Source: Octopus sinensis (lineage: Eukaryota). From it: 64,000 nt of DNA. Below, piece after piece: positions 1-13,200 of the stretch. Position 1 is the stretch's first letter. Every line of letters begins with the position of its first letter. The stretch lies in contig NC_043002.1 in the NCBI RefSeq assembly GCF_006345805.1, positions 78,430,001 to 78,494,000 of the forward strand. Direction: 5' to 3'. The translations under genes were made by a program, and so were the position numbers. The notes under the pieces were generated by a model. It worked only from the letters and a program-made list of their open reading frames with translations, was not told the DNA's origin and searched no databases.

Positions 1-129
1 TTGCCATTGCGAGCCTCGTGATCTCGCACATGGCAAATGGATGCAGGTGACGTCTCACTCTAGTCTCGGAGACGGCAATGACTGCTGCGAGATTTCATCC
101 AATATGGTGTTGACTGCTTGTGCCGCTAC

Positions 130-1020
130 ACCTTTTATGCCCAATTTCTCTCTTGTACATACTACCCTGACATTGGATATCCATCAGCACATACTTGTTT
201 CATTTCTTTCAAGTCTTTGCATGTTCTTTGCATTTACAGTCCAAGTTTCACAGCCATGTGGCAGTGATGTTCAGACATAGGTATCATACAATCTGCCTTT
301 CATTCTGAGAGAGAGGCCTTTTGTTACCAACAGAGGTAAAAGTTCTCTGAACTTCCTACTGCTAATTCATAATCTGGCAGCTATTCTTTCAGAGCATCCT
401 CCTCCACTACTAATTAGGTCACCCAGATCAGTGCTTCTCAAACTATCTGAGGTGGCGTACCGGCAGTTTTTTTTTTCCAGTGTGCCAGGGACCAGTAATA
501 TTTCTTAGTAATATTAATTTATACAGGAAACAATATATATAATGAATATAATAAAAGTTGACAATTTTTAAAATCTTATATTTATTTTCTAAACAAATAA
601 TACAATATAACATAAGCATTTTATAATGTTTCTTTCTTTTCTGGAAACTTGCCGCGTACTGGCAGCTGATGTCTTGTGAACTGACACCGGTCTGCGGACC
701 ACCACTTTGAGTAGCACTGACCAAGATGACAGAAACTATCTGCTACTACTAGGGAGCCTCCTGTGCATTTCAGAACATCTATTTCCTGTGTATTCTTATT
801 ATTCATTGCCCCTGAACATGTGCCACAAACAAATTCAACTTTCTCTGTTAACCTTCTTTTGATCCCAATGCAACTCTTATGTATCCACAGTTTGCACTGA
901 GCACATTGTAAGGAACTTCTACCTACATCTTGTCTACATATGGAACAGGGCCATTTACCTAAAGGGATTAGTGTTCTGTCTGATCTCCTGCAAATTAGAA
1001 TTTTAGTCTAATTAGCAGGT
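130..1020 (-). mobile_element. RTE-clade LINE ORF remnant
   Basis: Degenerate peptides KWPCSICRQDVGRSS..C..CKLWIHK, GGGCSERIAAR, KFRELLPLL..KGLSLRMKG. Confidence 0.8.
429..719. mobile_element. hAT-type MITE inserted in an RTE fragment
   Basis: TIRs CAGTGCTTCTCAAA / TTTGAGTAGCACTG; 8-bp TSD ACCCAGAT/ACCAAGAT; interrupts the RTE peptide DSFCHLG|DLISSGGGC. Confidence 0.85.
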
Positions 1021-1080
1021 GAATGTAATATAATGTATAATATATATAATGCAACATATATATATATTATATATAAAACG

Positions 1081-1240
1081 GGAAGGTTTACAAAAATAAA
1101 CAAAAGACGAAGGCAGGTGGAGTACAAACAAACAAATGTATTAGTATGATGCTCAGGAACAGAAACAGAACAAGTCTTTTACGTTTCGAGCCTACGCTCT
1201 TCGACACAAAGATACACAGAAAAAAAACAAGGAGAGAAAC
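1081..1240 (-). mobile_element. Short repeat between (TA)n tracts carrying a hammerhead-like motif (copy 1)
   Basis: Reverse-complement paralog of 7400-7585; shares GAAGAGCGTAGGCTCGAAACGTAAAAGACT. Confidence 0.65.
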
Positions 1241-1263
1241 AATATATATATATATAATATATA

Positions 1264-1339
<76 letters not shown>

Positions 1340-2789
1340 TTGTGTGTGTGTTACATTTCTTTGTGTGTATCTTTGTGTTTATGTTGTTTGTCCCCCACCA
1401 CCAGACTTATAAGTAAGTACTGGGGATGATTTCAACAAAACCCTTCGAGATGGTGTCAGAACATAATCAGAGTTCACTGATTGAAACAAGTAAAGATGAA
1501 ATAAAAGACTGATTTATAAAGGAAGAGAGAGAGAATAAAATAAACTACTATATTTATTATAAGTTGCACTCGTGTATATATCACACCTATAATTTAGGGC
1601 AAAATTTTAGTACAAAACTTTTTCCCTTCGTAGTTTTAGCTTTGCTGTATGTATAAGTCACACCCTAGGTTTTTCGGTTAAAATCAAGTTTAAAATAGTG
1701 CAACATATATACTAGTAAATACATCAAGTCTTATAAAACTGGTTCACTTTCTTATTGTTTAGTCCTTTCATTGTTTCAGTTTAACAATTTTCTTTTGTTA
1801 TTTTGATATAGGTCAATTCCTTTATTATTGACATTAAAAAAATCACTATGGCTGCTTTTCTTTATATTTTCAACCAAAAAGTGGTGGGGGAAGATTAATT
1901 CATTTATTTTCAAAAACAGAGAAAAAGAAACCGACATATTCATAACCAATAAGAATAGCTCAAATTTTATTTATTTGTTGCTTTGTCAACTTCCTAGTTA
2001 AATATGGATATCTTCATAATGTATCTTCTGCATAACACATCCCATTTTTTTTTTCTCCTTCTCTTCTCCTCTTTCCCTCTCATTTTTCCCTTTCTATTTA
2101 TCTTTTCTCATCTCATCAATGCTTTGCCTGCTGGCAGAGCAAGTTAACTAATGACTTTGCCAAGGGATGCTTTTCGTGTCAGTTCTCACTAAAAGTTAAT
2201 GAATACACTATGGCAACCTGTCTGGAAAACATCTTTTCTGATTCATCAAGTTCAGGTTTTATTTCAGTATATAATGTAATAACACATTCCATTTGTATGG
2301 GTATGCTGAGTTCTTTATTGTTTGTTTGTTGTTGTTACTGATGCTGTTGTTGTTTTGTTGTTGTTACTATTGTTGTTATCACTGATACTGTTCTTATTAA
2401 TGGTGCTTTTTCTTGTATGAATGAATGTGCGTACAAGCAATATAGACTCTTCTTCATATCCGCACTTGTATTACAATACCACAATAAAATGTATTTTATG
2501 GTGTAAAAATGTTTATACTTAATGGAAATAAATTGAAAAGAGAAAAAAAATTCTCTTGGCTTTGTTTTCATGTAAATTAATCACGCATACACAAAATGCA
2601 TCACTAATTAGAGATACTGATAAGAGATGTAGCGCAAAAAAGTAGGTTCCTGATGTACTAATTCCGTGTTATTGCTTTGATTCTTGATGAAATTGTTTCA
2701 CTTCCTTTGTACCAGTAATATCATAGAGAAAGTATGAATGGAAACAATCTAACAAAGAAACCTTATATTATCACTTTACTTGCAATAGT

Positions 2790-3040
2790 TAGTTCTCTCT
2801 GTGCCATGAGGCACACAAGGTCACAACATGATATTCTCCAGCCAGTTTTGTTTTCTGCCACTGTTCTGGTCTCATTCCAGATTTTCCATCCTTCTCAGCT
2901 CCCTTCCTTGTCAATGGTCCTTCACCATATGGTTTTAGAGTACCCTTCTGCTCTTTTCCCCCTCAGGCGTCCACTTTAGTGCCACCATGCAATTGCTTTC
3001 TTGATATTGTCTAAGGACATGTCTGATCCAGTTCCAGTAT
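2790..3040 (-). mobile_element. RTE-like LINE C-terminal remnant
   Basis: WIRHVLRQ...VALKWTPEG-type peptide on the minus strand. Confidence 0.65.
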
Positions 3041-4324
3041 CTGACCTGCAATAAATAACAACTAACTCTCCTTTAAATCACATACTAGACTCTTATATAT
3101 AAAAAAAAAAAAATAGGTTATATCAAGCCGGTAGAGGAATTTCTACCTAATCACTTCAACTAATAAAGATAGCAGCCAGGTCTTCTTCAGATCACACAGT
3201 CATCTTATTCATAGAAAGGACATGTTGGTAATGTAGTCCTTTACATCTCTAAAACGGCAGTATGGTCATGCCTTATGTGCATAATCAGGGTTGATCTGAG
3301 GTTAAATTAAATCAGTAAGAGCAACAACAGCATTCATAACTTGCTATATGTTCTTTTTTTTTTTTTTCTTGAAACTACAAAGAGTTTGTACTTAGACAAA
3401 GGAAATCAACAATTGGAAATAGAGCCATTCCATACCTTAATGGAAGCTCTAGTTACAGAATTCCATACTAAAGAAAATTGTAAATTACCTTGTAAATCTT
3501 GAGGTACAGCTTGTAAATGTGCCATGAAGGAAACTGGTAAATTTTAACAATTTCATAAACTAAAATTCAATACATATATGTATAAAAAGTAATTCTTCTT
3601 AGAAATAATATATATTGGGTTGTCAGATAAATTCATCTTCCTCCACCTTTTTCGTGTATATCTGTTTAACTGATCAGGATCATGTTACTAACATTAATCA
3701 TACAATATTTCTTGTATCAGACAGTTTTCCCTTTTCAACATCACTCCTCTTATGTTCTTTCTTGCATGTGAAGTAATAAGGCTACTATTATTGCTGATAG
3801 AGAACATCATTACTGTCCACAGATTCTACTGTTATACCATTTGAGTGGATTTGTTGTCTATTACCATTGCTATTGCATTTAACTATAAATTTGAACAGTG
3901 TAGTGCATTATCCTTATTCAAGATAACTAGAAAGAGACCAAGTGGAAGTGTAGATCGTAGTGTGGAAATAATCATTAAAAAAGGTTATGTTGGACATTAA
4001 ATTTAATGTTTTACAAACATTTGATTTTTCACTATCTAATCACCAATGCAAATATGCAGGTGTTGTTCCATGTTAGATATTATGTCCAATCTATGAAACA
4101 AACAACATCCTCTCAGTTTATAGAGCAGCTGCTTGAGCACTTGATCCTAATTTTGCCTTTATTGGTAAACATTGGCAGTCATGCTGGTGGCACATAAAAT
4201 CACCCATTACACTCTCAGAGTGGTTGGCATTAGGAAGGGTATCAGGCCATAGAAACCATGCCAAATCAGATTAGGGTTTGGTACAATCCCTAAGCTTACC
4301 AACCCTGGTTACACCATCCAATCC

Positions 4325-4438
4325 TACTATGGCAATCCCTCAAGGTCAAGGATGATGGTCTTCGCGCAGATTTATTGGTGAGTCCGCAGGTGACTGATAA
4401 AACCAATTCTTGCTCGAAAAGATCGGTCACAGTGCGGA
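4325..4438. mobile_element. 114-bp insertion (probable 5'-truncated LINE end) nested in an RTE-tail repeat
   Basis: Flanked by a 10-bp TSD CATCCAATCC (4315-4324, 4439-4448). Confidence 0.65.
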
Positions 4439-5674
4439 CATCCAATCCATGCCAGTATGGACAATGGACACTAAATGATGATGATGACTGTTGATGTTTC
4501 AAGCTGCTTTTGTTGGTAATGATATAATTAATAATGTAATATAAAAATTACAAGTGGAATTTACCAAAAGATGGTGCACCATAAACATCAAACAATTTTA
4601 GGCAAGTTCTTTGCCTCTGAAGCATAAGCTGATGAGGATGATTTACTTGGTAGAAGGTAAGGAAGGGGGTCTTCTTTCTAGTAGAAGTGGGGGGAGTTTT
4701 CTTTCTGCTTTCCCCTCCTCCTCTTCTGCCTCTCTCTCCCTCCTCCTACTCTGCCTCCTCCTCCTCTTCCTCATCATCTTAACATCATTCTAACATGTAC
4801 TTTTTGATATTTGCATGTGATGGATGGAATTTGTTGAGGCTGGATGCCCTTCCTTTCGCCAACCCTCCTAAGTAAGGTAATATTTCCCTCATGACTAGAC
4901 ATGTTTTCATGGAAGATTAGGAGTGAAGGAAACCATCTGCATGATGGTGACACTTGCTTACAACGGTTACATGATGTCAAAGCAAGGAAACAGTAACACA
5001 CACACACACACACACACATACAGCCATACATATACATTGGGCATTTTTCAGTTTCTATAAACCAAATACACTCACAAGGTTTTGGTTGGCCCAGGATTAT
5101 AATAGAAGAAACTTACTCAACAATGTCATGCTGTAGGACTGAACCTGAAACCATGCGAATAGGATGCAACCACACAGCCATACCTGTGTGTTAAAAAATT
5201 ACAGTTTCCATGCGTAAAATTTACTACATTTCTTTTATGTATTTTCCGAAAATTCTATCAGAACTCATCTCAATTTACAACATGAAAAATCAATGGAAAG
5301 ATAGGTTTCATGCTACAGAATTCCATAAATGGTAATGTTTTCAAGAATGCACTGCTTCCATAGCCTGGAGGATCCCTGTATTCAAAAGACACAGTGAAAA
5401 ATATTTCAGATAAGCTGTTCAAGATTATTTCAAGAATATTTTATCAGAGAAATAATGGAAGAGATGGAATGTAAATTTAATCAGAGATTGGTAACCCTTT
5501 TGATATCAACCAATCTGAAATTGCCTTTAGTTTCATGTTGAAAAATATCTGATTTCAAGGTGTTCACTTTTAAATTAAAACACTCATCACTTTAGGTAAG
5601 TATACTTTGTTTTGTTATGCACCATATACCAGTTTAACAATGAAAATATTTGTTTTACACAATAAATAGGTGAA

Positions 5675-6110
5675 GATATGGCTGTGTGGTTAAGAAGTCT
5701 GCTTTGCAACTATGAGGCTTTGAATTCTCATAATCTATTATCATGGATTGGTATTTATGAACCACATGGTTCCGTGTCCAGTCCCACTGCGTGCCACCTT
5801 GGGCAAGTGTCTTCTACTATAGCCTTGGGCCAACCAAAGCCTTATGAGTAGATTTGGTAAATAGAAACTGAAAGAAGTCTGTCATATATGTATGTGTGTG
5901 AGTTTGCGTGTCTGTGTTTGTCCCCCCCCCCCAACATCGCTTGACCACCGATGCTGGTGTGTTTACGTCCCTGTAACTTATCGGTTCGGCAAAAGAAACT
6001 GATAGAATAAGTACTAGGCTTCCAAAGAATAAGTCCTGGGGTTGATTTGCTCGACTAAAGGTGGTGCTTCAGCATGGCCATAGTCAAATGACTGAAACAA
6101 GTACAAGAGT
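5675..6110 (+). mobile_element. Second tRNA-derived SINE family (copies about 17500-18450, 19200-19350, 26230-26500, 41370-41880, 52620-52820)
   Basis: Recurrent GTTCAGTCCCACTGCGTG...GGGCAAGTGTCTTCTACTATAGCC...GGAAACTGAAAGAAG. Confidence 0.8.
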
Positions 6111-7029
6111 AACCCTGAAAAGATGAAAGGCAATGGTAGAATTTGAACTCAGAGCACAGAGAGTTAGAACAAATAGAATACAGCATTCTATACAATACTC
6201 TAATGAGTCTCTCAAAATAACTGAGGGAATGTAGGGACAATTTGAACTCAGAGCACAGGGAGTTAGAACAAATAGCATATAGCATTCTACCCAATATCTT
6301 AATAATTGAAGGATTGTAGGGACACTGATTATGAATACCATTGATAAAAAGAAAATATTTCAGGAGACTGTTTTTACTCGCTAAATATGAATATGGCACT
6401 GTTTCACATATATAATATAGAGAGTTTAAATCATTGAATAAACTGAAAGTATCTAAACAACCATTTGACAAAAATTCTTGCTAAAGGTGTTTAAAATCTA
6501 AAATCTGTAAGTGAGATAAATTTCTGCAAGATCAGATGATTGAAATTTTTTGTGAAGATAGATAATGTATACAAGAGTGGGTTTGGTCTTTATAAAACCA
6601 ACAGGTGAATGTAATGGACATGCTTCAGTCTTATTGTTACTCATGAGATAAGTATATTGTTTTCATTTGGCAGAACTAAGAGTAATCAACGTGTGTGTGT
6701 ATGTGTGTGTGTGTGTGCGTGCGTGCACTTGTGTGCATGTGTGTAGGTAGACATGTAACTTAGTGGTTAGGATGTTATATTCTTGCACTCCTGATCATGT
6801 GATTGTAGTTTTGAATCCTAGACTGGGCAATGTGTTGTGTCCATGAGCAAAACACTTCATTTCATGTTGCTTCAGTCCATACCGCTCGTGAAAGTTTGTA
6901 ATCCTGTGATGGACTGGTATCCAAACCAAGGAATACATCACAGAATCTGGGAAGCTGCCCTTATAAGCCTACGACTAGGGAAGGACTTTTGATCCTTTTT
7001 GGTATATATATATATATATATGTTTGTGC

Positions 7030-7680
<651 letters not shown>

Positions 7681-7979
7681 CATACATACACACACATGCA
7701 AACACACACATAATTATTTTAATAGTTCCAGTCATTAGGCTGTGGCCATGCTTGGGCAACAGTTTGACAAATGTTAGCTGAATGAATCAACCCCATTACT
7801 TATTTTTCAAGCCTGGTACTTATTCTATCAGTCTCTTTTGTTGAACCACTATAGTATGGGATGTCAGCACACCAACACCTTTTGTCAAGTGATGATGGGA
7901 ACAAACACAGACACACACACAAATATAAATATGTATAAGTGTATGTGTGTGTGTGTGTATTGAGATAGAATTTAAGCAT

Positions 7980-8460
7980 AAGAGGAATTAAGATGCAGTG
8001 TGCAAGAGAGAAGATTGCGCTGGTTTGATTATGTAGTAACAATGGATCCCAACTACTCCATGAAGAAGTGCCAATCTCTCAAAGTAGATGGAACACATGA
8101 AAGAAGGAGACCCAGGAAGACATGAGACAAAATACTGAAGGATGACTTCAGGACGCTAAACCTTTCAGATGAGACGACAAAGGACCGAGATACCTGGTGC
8201 CTTGCTGTACTCAAGAAGACCTATACTTCACAGCAGTAATATTAAGGCCACTCTGCCAGGCAAAGAGGATTGGCATGCAAGAGTCCTGTGCTGGTGCCAT
8301 GTAAAAGTACATTCTGTAAAGTGGTTGGCATTAGGAAGGGCATCCAAGATAGAAACCATGCCAAATCAGACAGGATCCTGGTGCATCTCTCCAGCTTGCA
8401 GGCTCTGGTCAAAACATCCAGCCCATGCCAGCATGGACAATGGACATTAAGTGATGATGA
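7980..8460 (+). mobile_element. RTE LINE 3' end with (GAT)n tail
   Basis: LRWF...RRRPRKT...DRDTWCLAVLKKT followed by the common 3' tail ending GGACATTAA-(GAT)n. Confidence 0.75.
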
Positions 8461-8466
8461 TGATGA

Positions 8467-8467
<1 letters not shown>

Positions 8468-8505
<38 letters not shown>

Positions 8506-8525
8506 ATGTGTGTGTGTGTGTGTGT

Positions 8526-8610
<85 letters not shown>

Positions 8611-8620
8611 TGTGTGCATG
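8468..8620. repeat. (ATCT)n followed by (TG)n microsatellite
   Basis: Direct inspection. Confidence 0.95.
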
Positions 8621-10169
8621 TGTGTGCTGGTGGCATGTATAAAAGGATTCAAGCGAGAGTGAGAGCGTTGCCAGTACCGTCTGACTGGCCCCCATGCCAG
8701 TGGCACGTAAAAAGCACCCACTACACTCTCGGAGTGGTTGGCATTAGGAAGGGCATCCAGCTGTAGAAACTCTGCCAAATCAAGACTGGAGCCTGGTTGC
8801 AGCCATCTGGTTCACTAGCCCTCAGTCAAAATCGTCCAACCCATGCTATCATGGAAAGCGGACATTAAACGATGATGATGATGATGATATATATCATTTT
8901 ATTTATTACAGTTTGATGTAGAGAGATGGGGGGAAAATTATTTTATGAGTGAAATCATATAGCCTTGTAGTTTTGGAGTTAGACTCATGATAGAAAGATC
9001 ATAGTTTTGATTCCCCAGACTGGGCAATTTGCTCTGTTTTTGAGTGAAGCACTTCATTTGACATTTCTCCAGTTTACTCTCCTGAAAGAACCAACAACAG
9101 CTGGGGTTAATCCTGTGAGAGACTGGCATCCTGTTCAGTGTGGAATATTTTATTTTCAATTGCTTTTATGTTATGGAAACTGGGATGAGCTCTGGCATAA
9201 GGCAACAAGCCTCAGACACTAAGATATTATTTTTTGAGACCTGTTTTTTTTTTTTTTTAGTTGCAGAATACTTCCCTCAGATATTTTTCTCTCAGCCCCA
9301 ATGGATATTCTTAATCAGTATCATTGCATTCCCTCTATTTTTGTATATATTGATCACCGACTAAATTGAATATGCTCTACAGAGAATGTTCTAAGACTTA
9401 AACATGTCAGTTGCTTTTACCAGCAGGCTTTAAAAACCAGTTTTATACATTATTTCCTATGATATTCGGATAGTTTGCCAACCAGATTAAGAAACAAATA
9501 CTGTTGAACTTTTTCAAGGCGTTCATTTAAGTTCTTATATTTTAGATAACTCATCTCTCCCACATTCGATATCTGTGTGTGTGTGTGTGTGTGGTGTGTG
9601 TTGTGTGTGTGTGTGTGTGTGCGTGTGTGCGCGCGCTGACGTGTGTTTGCTCATTTGTTCCCCGTCATATCCTACCAGAAGTTTATTTTTTTTACTTTCA
9701 GAGTTTCATACGTACATACATATGCTGGAGATTGACTATGATATAGTATAAACATAGCGAATGTAAAATAAATTTGGTATTCTATTTCTACGAGGAATAA
9801 AATAAAATGACGATTCAAAAACAACAGAAAAGAAAAACGGCTTTGATTTCTTGTTTTCCCATGTAAAGTTATTAAAATCATAAGTAAATTTTAAAAAGCC
9901 TTTTAGAAATTTATTTTATTTGATACTTTCGAGTGCGATTTCACAATATTGCATTCATGGTGAAATTATTATTATTATTATTATTATACCGTGATCTGAA
10001 AGAGAGCATCGGGCACATAGTTTAATATTTGCCTTAAAAAATATACTATTAAAATTACTTATTTTACGTGTAAGATCCATTATTTGTGTTTTAAAAAATT
10101 ATTTTTGAAATTTGGAAAAGATTCAAAAATAAATAGATAAGTATGATATTAAAATATATCTGCGAAATT

Positions 10170-10226
10170 TACTGCGAACCTCCTTTTAGTCCATGTGGTC
10201 CGGAAAGTTCAATTTACTCTAAGATC
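10170..10226 (+). promoter_or_regulatory. Putative GTPBP4 core promoter/5'UTR (pyrimidine-rich CCTCCTTTT start-like tract, ETS-like CCGGAA)
   Basis: Motifs seen just upstream of the ATG within a visibly CpG-retaining stretch (about 9600-11400). The TSS is inferred only. Confidence 0.3.
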
Positions 10227-10274
10227 ATGTCGCATTATAACTTCAAAAAGATCACTGTTGTGCCTCCTTCACAG
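10227..10274 (+). CDS. GTPBP4: GTPBP4 exon 1 ([16 protein letters not shown])
   Basis: ATG at 10227, donor GTAAAA at 10275. Confidence 0.95.
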
Positions 10275-13200
10275 GTAAAATATTTCAAAAGTTATTTTAA
10301 TGAACTTATATTCGTTGCTTATATGTTGACTGCTTTGTTTTTGGAGTTTGTTTTTATTACTTTGGAAAGCTTACACTATGTTCAGACTTCAAGTTTACAC
10401 GTTAATCTTTCAATGGGAGTCTAACACGCAGAAGTCTGTAAATACATACAGACATGTAATTAATTTTGTCAAACATTTCAAATATTTTACTAATTTATCA
10501 GATATTTCTGTATTTCTCTAAGTTAGCATCATCAATCTTTCTTACGAAAGATAACTTTATTAAGCCATTTCATGAAGGAAAATGTTACTGAACCGTGTTA
10601 TTCTAAACGAGCCAACTGTTTTGTTACTACGTGGTTATCAGTCTACTAGAAATTGGATGCATGGGATAACGTAGTCCTTGATATATATTGTCTAGATAAA
10701 ACACAGATGGTCACGAGAACGTCTTTAGTATTACCCCGAAGTACAATCCTCTCATCAGATCCAGATAGATGCAACATTTTTGCGTGAAAATGCCTCAAGG
10801 TCCGAGACCCCTAGGTTTTTAATATATTATCATTATCGCATCACTAGACGACGTCGGCAAAATTATTAGGTAATTCTCAGGTCTTACTTTTAACTGCAGG
10901 GAAAGACCTCCTAACTCCAGTTTGACAATAAAGTAAAAAAACAGGGCATTACAAGACAATCGATTTACTTCCATTGTCGAATATTTTCGTTCTTTAAATA
11001 TTTGGATATTTTTATGTCGTTCTTTAATATAAACACATACATACCCGTATGTATGTCTGCCTGTATACTGATGTGTCAGTGAATATGTTTGAGATTAGAC
11101 CAAAAAAATAAAGCTAAGGCTAAAAATTAAATTAACAAAGAATTCGAATAGTACAAAATGATAACGATCTTTGCATTTTGTGTTTAGGACATTCCCTCTC
11201 GCGACGGTGATGTCCTAATCTCAAGGATCGCCCAAATGATATCTCATAGAATTGGACACCACTCGGAAATATATATTAAAATATTGTCAGATGTGTCGCC
11301 AGCAGTTCCATCCAATATTTTTCCACCACGTGAACGTGTCCTAAATGGAAAGCGGAGGAGGTGGCTATCGTAGAGTGAGCGCTACACCACATACCTGTAT
11401 TTAAGTAGTGCCAATATTTTTGCAATCCTTCCACAAAACATTCAGCATGCCTTGTATGTTCTCATATGATAGGATCAGCTAAGTTATAGTCATGCATGAC
11501 TGTCTGGCGATAATTTGGAGCAATTACTTGGACCAGACATTAGGCCCAGAATAATATATTGAATAATTCCTAAAATTGTTGCTGCTGCTCAATTAGGAAC
11601 AACTACAAGGAATTCAATCTTGGTTGCTGGATTAATTCCACCAAAATACTGATGTCCCGTGGATTATATGACCAGTATTGTTCTGTGCTTCTTTTCCAGT
11701 GGCTCATGAAAGTGAAAGTATTACCTTGTCAAAGGTAGGTGCTGTTCTGGCCAAAATGAAATTTCAGGAATGAAAATAAAATATTGGCTAGATGCTGTAG
11801 GCACAAGTATGGCCGTGTAGTTAAAAAGTTAAGTTAGCTTCCAAACTAGTTATGTTTAATTAAAAATAACTTATTTACCTAAGTTTTAACATCATCTCCT
11901 TTGAAATAGTCACATTGTACAGCAATATATAGGTCTCAACGTTCCTGCCACTTTTGGAATCCAGCCTGGAAGTCGTTTTCCAAAAGTGAGTTGAAGACCT
12001 TCTGCAATTCACTCTGGATCTTAACAATGGTGTTAAAATGGTGACCTTTGAGCTGCATCTTCATCTTGGGGCAAGAGATGGCAGTCTGCAAGTGCTAAAC
12101 CTGGCAAATGTGGAAGCGATATCATGTTGTTTTTGGTGAGAAACTCACGGGTAAGGAGAGCTCAGTGACGGTGTGCATTGTCATCATGAAGAATCCAGTT
12201 CTTCCTGCTCCACAGATCTGGTCGCTTTCGCCGAATGTCCTCCCCCAAATGCTTCAAAACATTGCAGTAGAACTCTCAACCAATGGTCTGGTCCTGGGTT
12301 AAGAACTCTCAATGCAAAATACCACATTTCCAGGGGTGAATCACGTGGCAGATCTTCCACATTACTCATTGTCTTCCAGGGACATTCTTCTTTTGAAGTG
12401 CGTATGACCTATTGCCTTGTCACCATAAGGTTGCTGAAGCATGTTCAATGTCTCTGTAACAGACTTCCCTAGTTTAATGCAAACTTTCACATTGGCTCTT
12501 TGTTCCTGTCCATGACAAAATCACAGACTACGGCATACACGTGATCACAAAACACAAATTTCACAACTTGCAAAGTAAACACAGTGATGTCACTTGGTAC
12601 ACTGCTGCATAAAGGTCACTGTGCATGCAACTGTATGCTGCCATCTGTTGGCACACTGTAGAATTAGTCTGGGAACTTTTTGATACCACTTATGTGTGAA
12701 TCTGTTTCCTTGTCTTGACATCGCATAATAGTTATAAATGAATGTCATTGTCATGCAAGTAGTGTCATTCATTTCCAGTATTCTGTGAAAACATGTTTGA
12801 CCAATGATCCGCAAACAGGTGAGGGTTAGTGACTGGAAGAGTATCCAGCTATAAAACATATACCTCAATAAACTCCACCCAACCCAAGTAAGCATGGAAA
12901 AGCCAATGTTAAAACAGTGATGATGATGATGATGATCCTGTGTGTCATCGCTACTGAAGTGGATCCACCAAATATTTTAATAACATTGCTAATTTACATG
13001 AACAAAGTGTGGCTATTAACAAGCCAAATGTGTGGAATGATAATAGAGGTTACAATGAATGACTTTTGGAGGTCTTGACTTGACAGCATTCACCCGGGGT
13101 GGATTGAGCTGGCTTCATTCATCCTCAATGCTGCATCTCTCACAAACGCCGACCAGGCCTGTAGGTGTTGATATTAAGTCTAGGTATTTTGTTTGCTGTA

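Noticed and set aside
8270-8778. Several overlapping ORFs rich in VC/HT/YI (also 1146-1412, 7411-7759, 52730-52950, 63675-63986)
   Set aside because: Translations of dinucleotide microsatellites
11188-11760. Exon-like/pseudogene-like stretch in intron 1 after a good acceptor
   Set aside because: Multiple stops in every frame and no recognisable homology
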